A DNA stretch of 62,375 bases, taken from positions 1-62,375 of the IMG/VR virus record IMGVR_UViG_3300023079_000004. The stretch is one strand, 5' to 3'. The position numbers were made by a program, and so were the translations under genes. Origin of the DNA: a virus (Duplodnaviria > Caudoviricetes). Below, in pieces: positions 1 through 9,070 of the stretch (position 1 is the stretch's first letter; each line of letters starts with the position of its first letter). A model generated the notes under the pieces. It was not told the DNA's origin, made no database searches, and worked only from the letters and a program-made list of their open reading frames with translations.

Positions 1-135
1 CCTTCTGGAAGGTGGAGGCCCCCTGATGGGACACGCATATCTGCCGGGGCCGGACGGCCTCTGCTCCTTCACGTACCCGACCAGCGTCGCCGGTGTGACG
101 GAGAGCGGGCTCGTGACGTGCCGTCTGGACGAGTA
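1..135. repeat. Terminal direct repeat, left copy (circular assembly overlap or terminal redundancy)
   Basis: 1-135 equals 62241-62375 except at positions 7 (g/t) and 132 (a/c). The repeat cuts through the junction of two genes. Confidence 0.95.
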
Positions 136-523
136 CGCCCCCGAACACGGTTCGTCGGAGGCCCCGACCGAGCAGTTTCGGGCCGTGATGGACGCCCCGG
201 CGGACGACGAGAGCATCGCTCGGGCGGCGGCCGGGGGTGCCCCGGAGGAAGACGGCTCAGCCGCGTGGCGTCAGATGGCCCTCTCTCTCGTCGGTTCGGA
301 AGAGGTGACGGCCGGTCCGTGGCCGGTGCGGAAGGTCTACTATCGAGACGCCGACGCCCTCGACACGGTGGTCCGGTACCTGGAGGCTCTCGCCGCGATC
401 GGAGAGGCGCACGTGTTGCGGACGCATTGGACGCCGGACACCCGGTCGATGTGCGCCGTGATCACGTGGGGTGACTGGTACGGCTGGCCGGTCGAAGAGA
501 TCCGGGATGCCGTTCTGCGGTGA
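26..523 (+). CDS. Hypothetical protein with N-terminal H-x-Y..C..C..H module
   Basis: GGAGG RBS; ATG overlaps the TGA of the last gene of the circle (TGATG). Confidence 0.75.
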   Translation: MGHAYLPGPDGLCSFTYPTSVAGVTESGLVTCRLDEYAPEHGSSEAPTEQFRAVMDAPADDESIARAAAGGAPEEDGSAAWRQMALSLVGSEEVTAGPWPVRKVYYRDADALDTVVRYLEALAAIGEAHVLRTHWTPDTRSMCAVITWGDWYGWPVEEIRDAVLR

Positions 524-681
524 CCCGCCGCCCCCGGGACCGCGTCGATTGCCGTGGTGGGATCGGCGCGGTCGGTGGGGCTGGCGGTGGTGGTGGGTAC
601 GGGTGCTTGACAGAAGGCTACGAAATCGGGTCTGGTTTGCCCGTAGGCGGCTCTAGAAACGTTTTGGGGGTTGGGCTATGG
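520..681 (+). other. Possible small Trp/Arg-rich ORF region, unresolved
   Basis: Overlapping ORFs 471-656 and 520-933; neither is convincing. Confidence 0.2.
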
Positions 682-1193
682 GTAGGGCGCTCGTGGTGGT
701 GTGGGCCGACCCTGGTAGGTCGACGGGTTGGTCGGTGCATCGCGTGGAGGAGCAGGTGCTGCTCGAGTGCGGGCAGGTCGGTGCGGTGTCGCGGTTGTGG
801 TGGCGGACGGGTGTCTTTCGACACGACTCGACATCGACGTCGGTCGACTCGTATCTGGCGCTGTGCCGGGCGGCGTGGGAACGGAGTGCGGACGGGGACG
901 TGGTGGTCATCGGGTGTGAGGGTTTCACGCTGAGGATGAACAGCACGGACCATTGGCTCCTCGAACCGGTGCGGTTCCTGGCGGTGTTGCGAGACCGCCT
1001 GCGAGGGACGGGGGTCGGGGTGGAGGTGCAGTCCTCGTCGGACGCCATGAAGACGGTGTCGGACACGCGGCTGCGGTTGTGGGGATTGTGGAAGCCGGGG
1101 TCGGACCACAGTCGGGATGCACAGCGACACGGACTGCTGTTCTTGCGGCGGTATGCGACGCAGCCCGAGTTGCGAGAACGGGTGGGCGGGTAG
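678..1193 (+). CDS. RuvC-like Holliday junction resolvase
   Basis: VVWADPGRSTGW strand with catalytic D, IGCE, and C-terminal HSRDA: RNase H/RuvC acidic pattern. Confidence 0.8.
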   Translation: MGRALVVVWADPGRSTGWSVHRVEEQVLLECGQVGAVSRLWWRTGVFRHDSTSTSVDSYLALCRAAWERSADGDVVVIGCEGFTLRMNSTDHWLLEPVRFLAVLRDRLRGTGVGVEVQSSSDAMKTVSDTRLRLWGLWKPGSDHSRDAQRHGLLFLRRYATQPELRERVGG

Positions 1194-1239
1194 GTCAGTA
1201 CTCAGGAGGGCCGACCCCCCGCTGGTGCTAACCCCGGGC

Positions 1240-1302
1240 CAAAACAGAAAGCCTCGCACGCACGCACCCTACGCGTGCGTACGCGTGAGGGGCCCTGTTT
1301 TG
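1240..1302. repeat. Imperfect palindrome with alternating purine-pyrimidine core, copy 1
   Basis: CAAAACAG...GCCTCGCACGCACGC...TACGCGTGCGTACGCGTGAGG...CTGTTTTG; related to 46186-46247. Confidence 0.75.
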
Positions 1303-1447
1303 ATTGGCTGCCGACGGCGCACCCGGTCCCACCCTCCTGAGTGCTCAGTACATGACAATCTCCTCTCAGAGAGGAGAGGGACGCGTGTAAAGGGGGTTGA
1401 GAATATGGGTCAAAGGTAGTAGGGCCTGGACGTGTATAGTGGTGCCT

Positions 1448-1843
1448 ATGCCAGGGAAATACCATCGGACCTATCTGAACACCCCGACACAAGAGGCGTT
1501 CGAGAAAATGCAGGAGGAGACCGGCCGGGCCAGTAACGCGTACATTCTCGAGGCAGTGCGAACGGCGCTGGCGAAGGACGGGTATCTCGCGGAGAGACGA
1601 AACCTTCTCGAGGAAACGAAGCAGGCTCTTGCGAGATCTTCCGAATCCGATCACAACGAGAGAGCATCACTGAGGAGAGACGATGACCGACAAGCCGATC
1701 GGCAACGCCAGCGAGTTCGGCGGAGTGCCGGGGACGATCCAACCGGACCCGCACGAGCTGACGACGGCGGAGCGCGCGAGGCTCGAGCGGCGGGTGAACC
1801 CGGCCGACGCCGGAGACTCCGTCGAGGCCGCGCGGGAGCGTGA
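1448..1843 (+). CDS. Putative ribbon-helix-helix-like DNA-binding protein
   Basis: YHRTYLN strand then two helices (TGRASNAYILEAVRTAL). 3' part overlaps the next gene; start uncertain. Confidence 0.45.
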   Translation: MPGKYHRTYLNTPTQEAFEKMQEETGRASNAYILEAVRTALAKDGYLAERRNLLEETKQALARSSESDHNERASLRRDDDRQADRQRQRVRRSAGDDPTGPARADDGGAREARAAGEPGRRRRLRRGRAGA

Positions 1844-1889
1844 AGTGACGGGCGCGCCGCTGGTGTACCCGAGTCTGGAGGAGGAGTGA
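1683..1889 (+). CDS. Hypothetical protein
   Basis: GAGGAG RBS; stop overlaps the next start. Confidence 0.7.
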   Translation: MTDKPIGNASEFGGVPGTIQPDPHELTTAERARLERRVNPADAGDSVEAAREREVTGAPLVYPSLEEE

Positions 1890-2221
1890 TGGACGGCATC
1901 TGCGAAGGTGGTCTGGCATCCGAGATGGCCGATGCGGGTGGGGTCATCCACGAAGACGGCTCGCCGTGCGAGCACGGTAGTCGCCTGTTCGAGGGCCAGG
2001 AGACCCTCGACGTGGAGCAGGCGCGGGCCACGTACGGGCTGGCCTGCCGTAAGGCCCGGGAGCACCTGCTGGCGGCGGAAGAGGTGCTGAAGAAGGGCCG
2101 GGAGAAGTATCAGAAGGGCCTTATGGGGCCCGAGTATGCCGCCTCCTACGAGTCGGCGGCCCGGCTGCACGCGGCGATGGGCATGGCCTGGACGAGGTAC
2201 GCGCAGGCGGTGAAGTACTGA
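1886..2221 (+). CDS. Hypothetical protein
   Basis: GGAGGAG RBS; coupled to both neighbours. Confidence 0.75.
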   Translation: MMDGICEGGLASEMADAGGVIHEDGSPCEHGSRLFEGQETLDVEQARATYGLACRKAREHLLAAEEVLKKGREKYQKGLMGPEYAASYESAARLHAAMGMAWTRYAQAVKY

Positions 2222-2946
2222 TGGAGACGCACCTGATCACCACGTACGACGACACGACCCTGGACAAGGTGCGGGCGGGTCTGCGCAAGGCCATCATGGG
2301 CCTGACCGACCAGTCGTGCACCGACATCATCTCGGCGATGCAGAATCAGGGTATCCTGTTTCGGGAGCGTGCCGAAGTCTCCGTGCCGAGCGAGGGCGGG
2401 TGGGTACCGACGCCGCTCCCCGCGCAGGCTCTGGAGGATGTGGCGCTCAGCGAGTGGTGTCGGCAGGCCGTCGTCACGGCGGCAGCGCTGGCCCTGGGCG
2501 ACGAGGTCACGGACCTCCGGGAGGCCTCGGAGGACATCGCGCACAGCCTGCATCGGCACGTGCAGGCGGTCATCGATGCTGTCATCGCGGGCACCACGAA
2601 GGCGGTGCGGCGGGAGAAGCCTGCGGTCGTCGGCTACTCGCCGGAGGTGCTCCGGATGGCCACAGCGCGGGAGATGCTGGTGGAGTTGCGGGACCGGTTC
2701 GAATCCTCCTCGTCCCTGAGCTGGGCCGCCAACGCCTGCACCACCCTGCTCATCCAGATACCGGAGGACGTGCAGGAGCTCCATGCCACGCGGACGGAGT
2801 GGAACGGCTCGACGCACTTCCTGGCTCTCGCGCGGTCGGTCGAGGAGATGCGCCTCGCCGAGGCCGAGCCGAACGAGGTGGCGCAGCAACGGCATCTGCG
2901 GGTCGCGGCTGGCTGGGCTGCGGTAGCGCGGGCAGCGCAACCGTGA
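2221..2946 (+). CDS. Hypothetical protein
   Basis: TGATG coupling; GC3-rich codon usage. Confidence 0.75.
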   Translation: METHLITTYDDTTLDKVRAGLRKAIMGLTDQSCTDIISAMQNQGILFRERAEVSVPSEGGWVPTPLPAQALEDVALSEWCRQAVVTAAALALGDEVTDLREASEDIAHSLHRHVQAVIDAVIAGTTKAVRREKPAVVGYSPEVLRMATAREMLVELRDRFESSSSLSWAANACTTLLIQIPEDVQELHATRTEWNGSTHFLALARSVEEMRLAEAEPNEVAQQRHLRVAAGWAAVARAAQP

Positions 2947-3224
2947 GCGGGGCTGGTCCGCACGCCGAGGGCGGTGCTGTCGAAGGCGACGACGTGCTGA
3001 CGGTCGTCCTGACCATGCGAGACCGGTCCGGGCAGGTGTGGCACGCCGGTGCGGCCATGACCCCGATATGCAAGGCGCGTGGCGGGGAGACGGTGAACAG
3101 CGTCGAGGGCATCACACGGCTCGGGTTGCGCATCGAAGGGCTCACCCTCGTGACAGACGGCCCGACCCCCCCTCGTCCGCAGGACGTGACGGTGCGCTCG
3201 TGGGGAGGCCGCCGCGTCCGGTAG
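2943..3224 (+). CDS. Hypothetical protein
   Basis: GTGA overlap with the previous stop; 3' part of ORF 2316-3224. Confidence 0.55.
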   Translation: MSGAGPHAEGGAVEGDDVLTVVLTMRDRSGQVWHAGAAMTPICKARGGETVNSVEGITRLGLRIEGLTLVTDGPTPPRPQDVTVRSWGGRRVR

Positions 3225-3234
3225 GCTAGGGCGC

Positions 3235-3936
3235 ATGGGATGGAAGCCGAGCAACAGCGGGACGGGGTCAACCGAAGGCTCCGTCCCGCAGGCGAGAGGT
3301 ATAGGCCGGAGCGCCGTGCGTCGTCGGGCGCGCGCTGCCGAGCGAGAGCTGGCGGAGACGCCCAATGTGGTAGCCGCACGGGAAGCGTTACCCCGGCAGG
3401 CTCCGGGTGCCCGACCACCGGCCGGTAAGACGCACGGTCCGAACCGCAGGGCCATGCGTATCAGCATGGGTGACCGCTGGTCGCGCATCGTCGCGGACGT
3501 GAAGGCGGGCGAGTACACCTGGGCGCAGTTCGTCGACGGCCTGGACGAGGAAGAGCTGGCGCGCTGCCAGCTCCGGGCGGACGACGGAACCTTCGTCGGG
3601 AGGCCGCCGACCTTTGTCCCGCGGGAGTTCCTGCTGGCCGCACAGCGCGAGATGAAGCGCCGGTTTGAGACGCTCTTCAGCGAGCGGGTGCTGGCGGTGG
3701 CGGAGCAATACCTGGAGATGGCGCAGCGCGGCGACATCAAGGACGAGACCCGGGCGAAGATGTTGCAGTACGCCATGGAGCGTGTCTTCGGCGGCATCCC
3801 CAAGGACGTGCGCATCGCGCAGGAGCAGCCCTGGGAGCAGCTCGTGGTCAACGTGCAGGCGGACCAGGGCGACATGCCGGAGCATCTGGCGCGCCGGTAC
3901 CGTGGCTACGCCGACAGGTCTGCCACGGAGGACTGA
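3235..3936 (+). CDS. Putative terminase small subunit
   Basis: Helical protein upstream of terL with G.FVGRPP motif; preceded by TAGGCT -10-like box. Function inferred from position. Confidence 0.45.
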   Translation: MGWKPSNSGTGSTEGSVPQARGIGRSAVRRRARAAERELAETPNVVAAREALPRQAPGARPPAGKTHGPNRRAMRISMGDRWSRIVADVKAGEYTWAQFVDGLDEEELARCQLRADDGTFVGRPPTFVPREFLLAAQREMKRRFETLFSERVLAVAEQYLEMAQRGDIKDETRAKMLQYAMERVFGGIPKDVRIAQEQPWEQLVVNVQADQGDMPEHLARRYRGYADRSATED

Positions 3937-4049
3937 TGGACCCCTGGCGCAACTGGCGGGTATGGCTGGTCTTCGCCTTCTTCCTGGCGTGCGGGGCCGT
4001 GACGGTCTTCGTCCTCTATCGCACTGGAAGAGACACGGGCTACCCCTGA
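3936..4049 (+). CDS. Small membrane protein (37 aa)
   Basis: GGAGG RBS; TGATG overlap; MDPWRNWRVWLVFAFFLACGAVTVFVLY hydrophobic segment. Below the ORF-track cutoff. Confidence 0.6.
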   Translation: MDPWRNWRVWLVFAFFLACGAVTVFVLYRTGRDTGYP

Positions 4050-4108
4050 GACCGATTGATCATGCACACTGGTGCCTGCTTGACCACTTCGTTGAAAGAG
4101 AGGCACTG

Positions 4109-4540
4109 ATGAAGAAGCTTGGTTGGTTCGTGGCCGTCCTGGTCGCGGCCCTGATGGTTCTGGCCTGCGGTGCGGGCGGCAATGATGACCAGGGTGTCCG
4201 GGATCTCGGGTCGGCGCTCGGGAGCTCCCCGGCCCCGGCCACCGAGTCGACGGAACCCACGACCGCCGAACGGCACGCCGCGCAGATCAAGCAGCAGGCG
4301 TTCCTCGCCGGTGACTGGCTGGTCCCCAGCGAGGCGAAGGTCGGCACGTACAAGGGTGCGGCGGTGAGCGGCGGGCACTGCTACTGGGAGCGGCACCGCA
4401 GCGTCGACGGCACGTTCGACGATCTCATCCAGAACGGCAACGCCGAGGGAGACCAGATCATCGTGGTCCGGCTCACGGGCAAGGACAAGCTCCTGCGCCT
4501 CGAGGGCGACTGCATGTTCGTCCGGCAGCAGAAGCGGTGA
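4109..4540 (+). CDS. Lipoprotein
   Basis: MKK + hydrophobic stretch + lipobox VLA-C; C-terminal GTY...CYWER domain common in actinobacterial lipoproteins. Confidence 0.8.
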   Translation: MKKLGWFVAVLVAALMVLACGAGGNDDQGVRDLGSALGSSPAPATESTEPTTAERHAAQIKQQAFLAGDWLVPSEAKVGTYKGAAVSGGHCYWERHRSVDGTFDDLIQNGNAEGDQIIVVRLTGKDKLLRLEGDCMFVRQQKR

Positions 4541-4866
4541 GCGTGTACCGGCGCGGAGGCTGGCTCCGGCGTGCGCTGGCGCGCCTGACCGGTCGGCCCG
4601 CATCCCGACGCTGCCGCGTCAAGACCCCCGAACGGCAGCTCGCCCCACCCCCACCGCTCTCGCAGGCCGTACAGGCTCAGCTCGGGCAGCTCGGTGTCCT
4701 GCCGTTCACTCGGCGGTTCGACGAGGTCGCCATGGGTCCTGCCAGCCTTCGCGTCGAGCGCATCATGCGGGCGACCGAGAAGCACGACCACCATCTGCAT
4801 CACAGCGACCCGGTCGGGTACGACGGCTTCGGTGCGCCGATCTACCCGCACAACGAGGGGGAGTGA
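4537..4866 (+). CDS. Hypothetical protein
   Basis: GTGA overlaps on both sides. Confidence 0.55.
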   Translation: MSVYRRGGWLRRALARLTGRPASRRCRVKTPERQLAPPPPLSQAVQAQLGQLGVLPFTRRFDEVAMGPASLRVERIMRATEKHDHHLHHSDPVGYDGFGAPIYPHNEGE

Positions 4867-5060
4867 TGGTTCGAGCAGACCTGCCTAAGCTGATGACGCC
4901 GGAGGACCTCGCGAAGATCTTCCGCGTGCACCCGAAGACCGTCACGCGGTGGGCGAAGGCCGGGCGCATCGGCAGCATCAAGACGCCGGGTGGCCACCGC
5001 CGCTTCTCGCCGGAGGACGTCAAGGAGGCGCTGGACGCGTTGGCGGGTGAATCGGGGTAA
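4863..5060 (+). CDS. MerR/BldC-like (excisionase-type) HTH DNA-binding protein
   Basis: LMTPEDLAKIFRVHPKTVTRWAKAGRIGSIKTPGGHRRF closely matches the BldC-family signature. Confidence 0.9.
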   Translation: MMVRADLPKLMTPEDLAKIFRVHPKTVTRWAKAGRIGSIKTPGGHRRFSPEDVKEALDALAGESG

Positions 5061-5082
5061 ACTGGCTGCGGAGGTGAGCGGC

Positions 5083-5208
5083 ATGCCCCGTGGTGACAAC
5101 AGCATTAAGTGTCCGCGCGTCTATGAGGCGCTCAAGCGCAAGGGCTACAGCAAGACCAAGGCAGCCAAGATCTCGAACGGCCTGCGCAAGAAGCGCGGGC
5201 ACTGCTGA
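5083..5208 (+). CDS. Small basic protein (41 aa)
   Basis: GGAGGTG RBS; SIK.P.VYEALKRKG.SK.KAAKISN resembles a conserved small actinobacterial family. Confidence 0.7.
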   Translation: MPRGDNSIKCPRVYEALKRKGYSKTKAAKISNGLRKKRGHC

Positions 5209-5209
5209 C

Positions 5210-5343
5210 GTTCGGCTGGGACCTGACAGCGGTCCTGCAAAGTGAAGGCTACGACGCCAGCCGAACCCTCGACCCCGCCCTCGGCATCCGGCACGCCCTG
5301 CGTACGCGGCAGGCAGACCTAGGTAACCGGGCGCGGGGTCGAG
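5210..5343 (+). ncRNA. Candidate structured RNA: two adjacent multi-branch stems
   Basis: GTTCGGCTGG/CCAGCCGAAC and CTCGACCCCGC/GCGGGGTCGAG perfect outer stems, each with inner hairpins; intergenic. Confidence 0.4.
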
Positions 5344-5359
5344 CTATGGAGGAGGGGCA

Positions 5360-5782
5360 ATGCTGGAGATACCGGAGTGGGTCGTCAAGGAGATGCACGC
5401 GCACGTGGCGCGGGAGTATCCCGATGAGGCGACGGGTGCGGTGCTCATGGCCCGTGGTCCGGCTCCCGGTCACTGGAAGTACCGAGTGGTGCCGATGCGC
5501 AATGGTGCGCGCGACCCACGTCAGAACTACTCTTGGAGCCGGGGGCAGACCATGGCGCTGTTCCGGGACATGGACCGCACGGACAGCGGGCTTCTGGTCA
5601 TCTACCACAGCCACCCGGAGACGATGCCGGAGCCGAGCGTGGTGGACCAGGAGTCCGCGTGGTTCCTCGGCGCGCACTACGTCATTTTCAGTCTGGCCGG
5701 TGGTAAGGATGACCTCTGGTACCAGAGCTACCTGTGTCACGCTCCCGGTGACCTGCAACGGGAAGAGGTGATCCTGCTGTGA
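5360..5782 (+). CDS. JAB/MPN (Mov34, M67) metalloprotease, Mec+-like
   Basis: YPDEATG ... IYHSHP-x5-PS-x2-D: complete JAMM motif. Confidence 0.9.
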   Translation: MLEIPEWVVKEMHAHVAREYPDEATGAVLMARGPAPGHWKYRVVPMRNGARDPRQNYSWSRGQTMALFRDMDRTDSGLLVIYHSHPETMPEPSVVDQESAWFLGAHYVIFSLAGGKDDLWYQSYLCHAPGDLQREEVILL

Positions 5783-7263
5783 CCAAGGTGCTGAACATCA
5801 GCAAGGAGAAGCTTTGGAAGGAGCTGAACTACCGGCCGAACGTGGCGCAGCGCAAGGTGCACGAGAGCCCGGCGCGCCATCGGGTCAACGTGGCCGGACG
5901 ACGGACCGGCAAGAGTGTGAGTGGCGGGCGGGAGCTGATGCCCTGGTGTCTGGCAGCGCGGGCGATGAAGCCCACCCTGGACAGCATCGGCGTGCGGGCC
6001 GAGTACTGGATCGTGGGCCCGAACTACACGGACAGCGAGAAGGAGTTCCGCGTCTTCTACAACGACTGTCGGCGCAAGGGAATGCCGTTCGACAAGCCGG
6101 GGACGTACTACGATCCCAAGGGCAACATGAGCGTCAGTCTGTGGGAAGGCACCTTCATCCTGCACGCGAAGAGCGGCGCGCACCCCGAGAGTCTCGTCGG
6201 CGAGGGACTGCACGGGGTCATCATGAGCGAGGCTGCCAAGCTCAAGGAGAGCGTCTGGCAGCGCTTCATCCGGCCGACGCTGGCGGACTTCGTCGGCGAG
6301 AGCGTATGGAACACCACGCCCGAGGGCAAGAACTGGTTCTACGACATCTACAAGGCGGGTCAGCCGGGCGGTGACCCGGAGTGGGCGAGCTGGCGGCATC
6401 CCAGTTGGGTCAACACGCACGTGTTCCGGCAGCGCACCACGCGGGAAGACGTGGCCGTCATGAAGGAGGTGCTGGAGCGCAGCGACTACGACCCAGAGGA
6501 GCTGCTCCGGCTGCACGTCGATCCAGAGATCGTGGCCATGGCGCGGGACCTGACGCCGGAGAGCTTCGCGCAGGAGGTCGAGGCCAGCTTCAGCGAGCAC
6601 GTCGGCCGGGTCTTCAAGGCATGGGACGAGGAGTATCACGTCGCCGACTTGCCGCACAACCCGGACTGGCCGCTCTACATCGCCACCGACTACGGCTACA
6701 CCGATCCGAACGTGGCGTTGTTCATCCAGCCCGGTCCGCACGGACAATGCCACGTCATCGCGGAGTACTACCGGACACACCGTACGGACAGCGAGTTCGC
6801 GGATGACGTGCTGAAGGACCCGCGCCTGAACAACCTCTTGCGCTTCGCCAAGGGGCTCTACCCGGACCCGGCGGACCCCGGGGCCACCCGAACCCTCGAG
6901 GACAAGTGGAAGGTACCCTCCATCGGCGGGACGGGCGGCGAGCTGAAGAAGCGTCTGAAGGGTATCGAGAAGAAGCTCCAGTACCGCAACCCGCACCTGC
7001 CCTGGGGTCACCCGGAACGGGTGCCTTGGCTGCGTTTCGACCGAAGCTGCACCTACGGCCGGTACGAGATGGACGCCTACAAGTGGCCGGAGCGGCGCAA
7101 GAACGCGGGCAAGGGGCCGGAGCACCCGGAGGACAAGGACAACCACGTCCCGGAGGCCCTCGGACGCTTCTTCGCCGGGTACGGGTGGGCGCAGGACGAC
7201 GGTGGAGCCACCATCACCAGCGCGTATCAAGCGGGACGCCGGGGCCGTCGGGCCAGACGGTAG
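5779..7263 (+). CDS. terL: Terminase large subunit
   Basis: Walker A AGRRTGKS, LVGEG...IMSEAA Walker B region, TTPEGKNWFY coupling motif, nuclease ATDYG and DNHVPEA. Confidence 0.95.
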   Translation: MTKVLNISKEKLWKELNYRPNVAQRKVHESPARHRVNVAGRRTGKSVSGGRELMPWCLAARAMKPTLDSIGVRAEYWIVGPNYTDSEKEFRVFYNDCRRKGMPFDKPGTYYDPKGNMSVSLWEGTFILHAKSGAHPESLVGEGLHGVIMSEAAKLKESVWQRFIRPTLADFVGESVWNTTPEGKNWFYDIYKAGQPGGDPEWASWRHPSWVNTHVFRQRTTREDVAVMKEVLERSDYDPEELLRLHVDPEIVAMARDLTPESFAQEVEASFSEHVGRVFKAWDEEYHVADLPHNPDWPLYIATDYGYTDPNVALFIQPGPHGQCHVIAEYYRTHRTDSEFADDVLKDPRLNNLLRFAKGLYPDPADPGATRTLEDKWKVPSIGGTGGELKKRLKGIEKKLQYRNPHLPWGHPERVPWLRFDRSCTYGRYEMDAYKWPERRKNAGKGPEHPEDKDNHVPEALGRFFAGYGWAQDDGGATITSAYQAGRRGRRARR

Positions 7264-7313
7264 GCTAGGCACAGCTTCCGTGCCGTGGAGCCGTGACAAT
7301 GAGGGAGAGAGCC

Positions 7314-7535
7314 GTGCCACAGCAACCCATCGCCGTCCGGGGCGTCTGGCTACTCAAGGAGGCTGGCGACAACGGTAAGATCACCGTACTGGTCGACCTG
7401 CCTGACGAAGAGGGATACCGAGAGGTCGTCGTGGACACTGCCGACGAGGGGCCTATCAGCCATTACGTGCACCCGAGCGGCATCGCGCAGGCTAAGCACG
7501 TTGCCGTCACGGAGAAGGGTTTGGTGGAGCTGTGA
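7314..7535 (+). CDS. Hypothetical protein
   Basis: GAGGGAG RBS before GTG; stop overlaps the portal start; start uncertain. Confidence 0.6.
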   Translation: MPQQPIAVRGVWLLKEAGDNGKITVLVDLPDEEGYREVVVDTADEGPISHYVHPSGIAQAKHVAVTEKGLVEL

Positions 7536-9070
7536 GCCAGCCCATTCCGTTCAGCCAGTGGAGCGATGCCGAGCAGTGGGTGAACACCCGACCGGCGTGG
7601 GTGCCCGCGCAGCATCAGTCCCGAGTCGCCGCCTACGGGGTGTACGAGGAGGTCTTCTGGAGCCACGTCGGCGTCAAGAAGATCATGAACCGGGGACTGG
7701 ACGCCGCCGACAGCCCGCTGTACGTGCCGAGTGCCCGGGTGGTCGTTGACACGATGGACCGGTACGTCGGTCCGGGCCTGACCTTCGCGGTCAACCCGGA
7801 GATCGGCACCCCGGAGACACAGGTCGCTGCGAAGCAGTGGTTTGGCAAGCTCTTCGCGCGGGAGCGCTTCGCCAGCCGGTACAACGCTGCCAAGCGGGAC
7901 AACCTGCTCATCAAGGGGGACATGCTCTGGCACATCACCTACGACCCGGAGAAGCCCCCGGGGGCGCGCATCAGTCTGCACACGGTCGACCCTTCGAGCT
8001 ACTTCCCGTACTTCGAGGATGAGCTCCCGCCGGGGTACGAGGTCCCCAACCCGGACCCCAACCGCCTCGGGGTGGTCAAGCTGGTCGAGCTCTTCCCGGA
8101 GGGGGACGAGATCGTGGCGCGGGTGCAGACGTATGACCGGGTGTCGCAGCCGGGTGCCATCCTCAGCAGTCTCGAGGTGTGGAAGCAGGAGGAGTGGTTC
8201 GACCCGGAGAAGAGCCCGCTGCGCGTCGTCATCCCCCCGACCCCGCTCCCTCCCCAGGTTCCGGCCATTCCCGTCTACCACATTCCCAACGGCGGCAACG
8301 GTCTCGACTTCGGCAGTAGTGAGATGCGCGGCCTGCTCACGTTGCAGGCAGCCATGAACCAGGGCGTGACCGACGAGGACCTCGCGCTGGCGCTGATGGG
8401 TATCGGGGTGTTCGCTACCGACGAGACGACCACCATGCGCAACGAGGCGGGTGAGGTCGTCCCGGCCTTCATCTTCCCCGGCGTCATCTTGCAGAACGCC
8501 AAGGGGCTGCGTCGGGTGGAGGGCGTGACGGACGTCCAGCCGTACACCGACCACTTCGCTCGCCTCGAGGGGTACATGGGCGACGCTACCGGTGCGACGG
8601 ATGCGGCGCGCGGGCGGATGGAGGTCACCGAAGCCGAGAGCGGGGTGGCCCTCCGACTGCGGCTCGGCCCGACGCTGGCGAAGGCCGCCATCAAGGACCA
8701 GATCATCACCGACGTCCATGCCCAGATGTTCTACGACCTCGCGCAGGGGTGGGCGTTGCTGGACCCCGGGGATGGCATCCCGGCGTTCCAGGATGTGGAG
8801 GTCGTTCCGATGCTCGGTGAGAAGTTGCCGGTGAACCGCAAGGAAGCCGTCGACCTCTGGTCCACGCTATACGTGGCCAACCTCGTCAGCGCGGCGAGTG
8901 CGCGCAAGGCGCTGGCGGCGGTGGGCTTCGAGTTCGACCCGGCGGAGGCCGAGCTCCTACTCGCCGAGAAGGTGGCGCTGGCGGCGGCGGAGGGTGGCGA
9001 CCCGGCGGTGGACCGCACCACCAACGAGGTCAACGGCGGTAGCGGTCTCAACACCCCGCCGGAGGAGTGA
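7532..9070 (+). CDS. Portal protein
   Basis: 512 aa after terL; LIKGD and ESGVALRLRL motifs of SPP1 gp6-like portals. Confidence 0.9.
   Translation: MSQPIPFSQWSDAEQWVNTRPAWVPAQHQSRVAAYGVYEEVFWSHVGVKKIMNRGLDAADSPLYVPSARVVVDTMDRYVGPGLTFAVNPEIGTPETQVAAKQWFGKLFARERFASRYNAAKRDNLLIKGDMLWHITYDPEKPPGARISLHTVDPSSYFPYFEDELPPGYEVPNPDPNRLGVVKLVELFPEGDEIVARVQTYDRVSQPGAILSSLEVWKQEEWFDPEKSPLRVVIPPTPLPPQVPAIPVYHIPNGGNGLDFGSSEMRGLLTLQAAMNQGVTDEDLALALMGIGVFATDETTTMRNEAGEVVPAFIFPGVILQNAKGLRRVEGVTDVQPYTDHFARLEGYMGDATGATDAARGRMEVTEAESGVALRLRLGPTLAKAAIKDQIITDVHAQMFYDLAQGWALLDPGDGIPAFQDVEVVPMLGEKLPVNRKEAVDLWSTLYVANLVSAASARKALAAVGFEFDPAEAELLLAEKVALAAAEGGDPAVDRTTNEVNGGSGLNTPPEE

Noticed and set aside
1-135. Biological fixed terminal repeat
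   Set aside because: It cuts across coding sequence and has mismatches near both ends, which fits an assembly overlap of a circular or permuted genome better. Cannot be settled without reads.
4863-5060. Excisionase as evidence of a temperate lifestyle
   Set aside because: No tyrosine or serine integrase, repressor or ParAB found.
5210-5268. Hammerhead ribozyme
   Set aside because: CTGACAG is not CUGANGA and no correctly placed GAAA core is present.
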